From Takakia lepidozioides (lineage: Eukaryota; Plantae; Bryophyta): 64,000 nucleotides of DNA. The stretch is from assembly GCA_030704615.1 (NCBI GenBank), contig CM060732.1, forward strand, positions 16,058,001 through 16,122,000. Reading direction: 5' to 3'. The notes under the pieces were generated by a model that was not told the DNA's origin, did not search any database, and worked only from the letters and a program-made list of their open reading frames with translations. Positions 62,950 through 64,000 of this stretch are shown here, one piece after another (the stretch's first letter is position 1; each line of letters opens with the position of its first letter). The position numbers and the translations under genes are program-made.

Positions 62950-64000
62950 CTACCCCACAACCGCCTGCCAAAATAATTGCCCCATAAACTGTGCGACTTC
63001 GCCCCATCATCCATGAGAGCTTCTACCTCAATACCGCTCCCAACCTACACGCCCCCCACTCGCTAGACTGTTTGTCACCCCCATATCTCATCCAAGCGCC
63101 GCTCAACCTATAACTGCCCAAACAACGGATCCACAACAACCTGACACAACCCAGTTAGTACAAACCCTACTGGAACCCCACTATGAGCTTCAAGAAATAC
63201 AAGGTATCGTTAAGAAAATGCGAGTGGACCAATATGGAGCCTCGTGCGCTGATACTATGTACCTGTGTAAATGGAAATGTGACCCCGACAAGAAAGCCAC
63301 TTGGGGACATAATGACACCCTCTTTAATCGTCTATCAATACAACAATTGCAACACAATATCCAAATGATAGCTGATTATTACCGCAAAACCAACATTAAC
63401 TATTTGGCGCATATTCATAATCAGCATATTACGGAACTGCAAACTTATGACAAACGTTTCATTAGCCCACCACGAAATGTGTCCAACCTACATATTTCTC
63501 AAGACGAGTGCAACCCAGACATCGATATTCTCTGCACCCACCCAAAGATCCAGACCCACGCTGGTCTTGCCTACATATATAGACCACTAGGCTGCTACAT
63601 TGGAAGCATATCGCTTGCTAGATTGAACTGGCTATGGAATATGTCCAATTTAAACCCCTACCTAGCTTGCAACCCCAGATCCCGACAACATTTGAGACAA
63701 ACATTTCCACACTCCTCCAACGCTATGCTCAAGATTTGCCCCCCAAGTGTCCAACCACAACCAACAAGCTCTCTCTCGCACGTTCTCACTCAACCTTACC
63801 CATGGCCCTTCTAGACTTTCTTACAACATAACTTAAACTCACTCACTCATACTACTCTAACCCTCTCACATGCCCCATGGGGATGAAGAGTTACTCCAGC
63901 TTGTATAACGCAGACCAGTGTTTCGGCCCTCTAGGCTTGGCCAGATCTCATCACTAGCAAGGTAGAGGATTTGCGCACCCCCCGGACTCTAGTACAGCTA
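62950..64000 (+). mobile_element. Degenerate LINE-like ORF with a chromo-like segment and a PCIF1-like methylase segment; runs off the window
   Basis: YLCKWKCD...ATW; TLPMALLDFLTT*LKLTHSYYSNPLTCP...YSSLYNADQCFGPLG...*QGRGFAHPPD. The LINE assignment is inferred, since no RT lies in the window. Confidence 0.5.

Overview
Repeat-rich eukaryotic DNA, most likely from a non-seed land plant (GT-AG introns; PPR, PIF-like, CML and NYN remnants; plant tRNA primer-binding sites). About 4-33 kb is a nest of at least four diverged members of one apparently undescribed family of large Mutator-like (MULE) DNA transposons. The three larger members share one layout: a GCM-like/DDE/SWIM transposase gene lies head-to-head with a multi-exon gene for a ParB/Srx-domain protein, which in A and B is fused to a beta-class (N4C/N6A-type) DNA methyltransferase domain, and the non-coding DNA is filled with a family-specific palindrome. 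Element A (14086-26683) has both genes intact by manual splicing and sits inside the transposase of element B with a perfect 9-bp target-site duplication (GATGGCAAG). B carries a palindrome array with a strict 53-bp period; A carries a 116-bp hairpin array in a predicted intron; both share the core TGCG-N4-CGCA. Elements C (about 29.6-33.3 kb) and D (about 4.0-4.5 kb) are deleted relics. The rest of the window holds a decayed gypsy-type LTR element (tRNA-Gly PBS), host-gene remnants, a HECT gene next to an IS3EU-like transposase fragment, and a LINE-like remnant with a PCIF1-like methylase segment. All calls come from manual reading and motif recognition; no searches were run.
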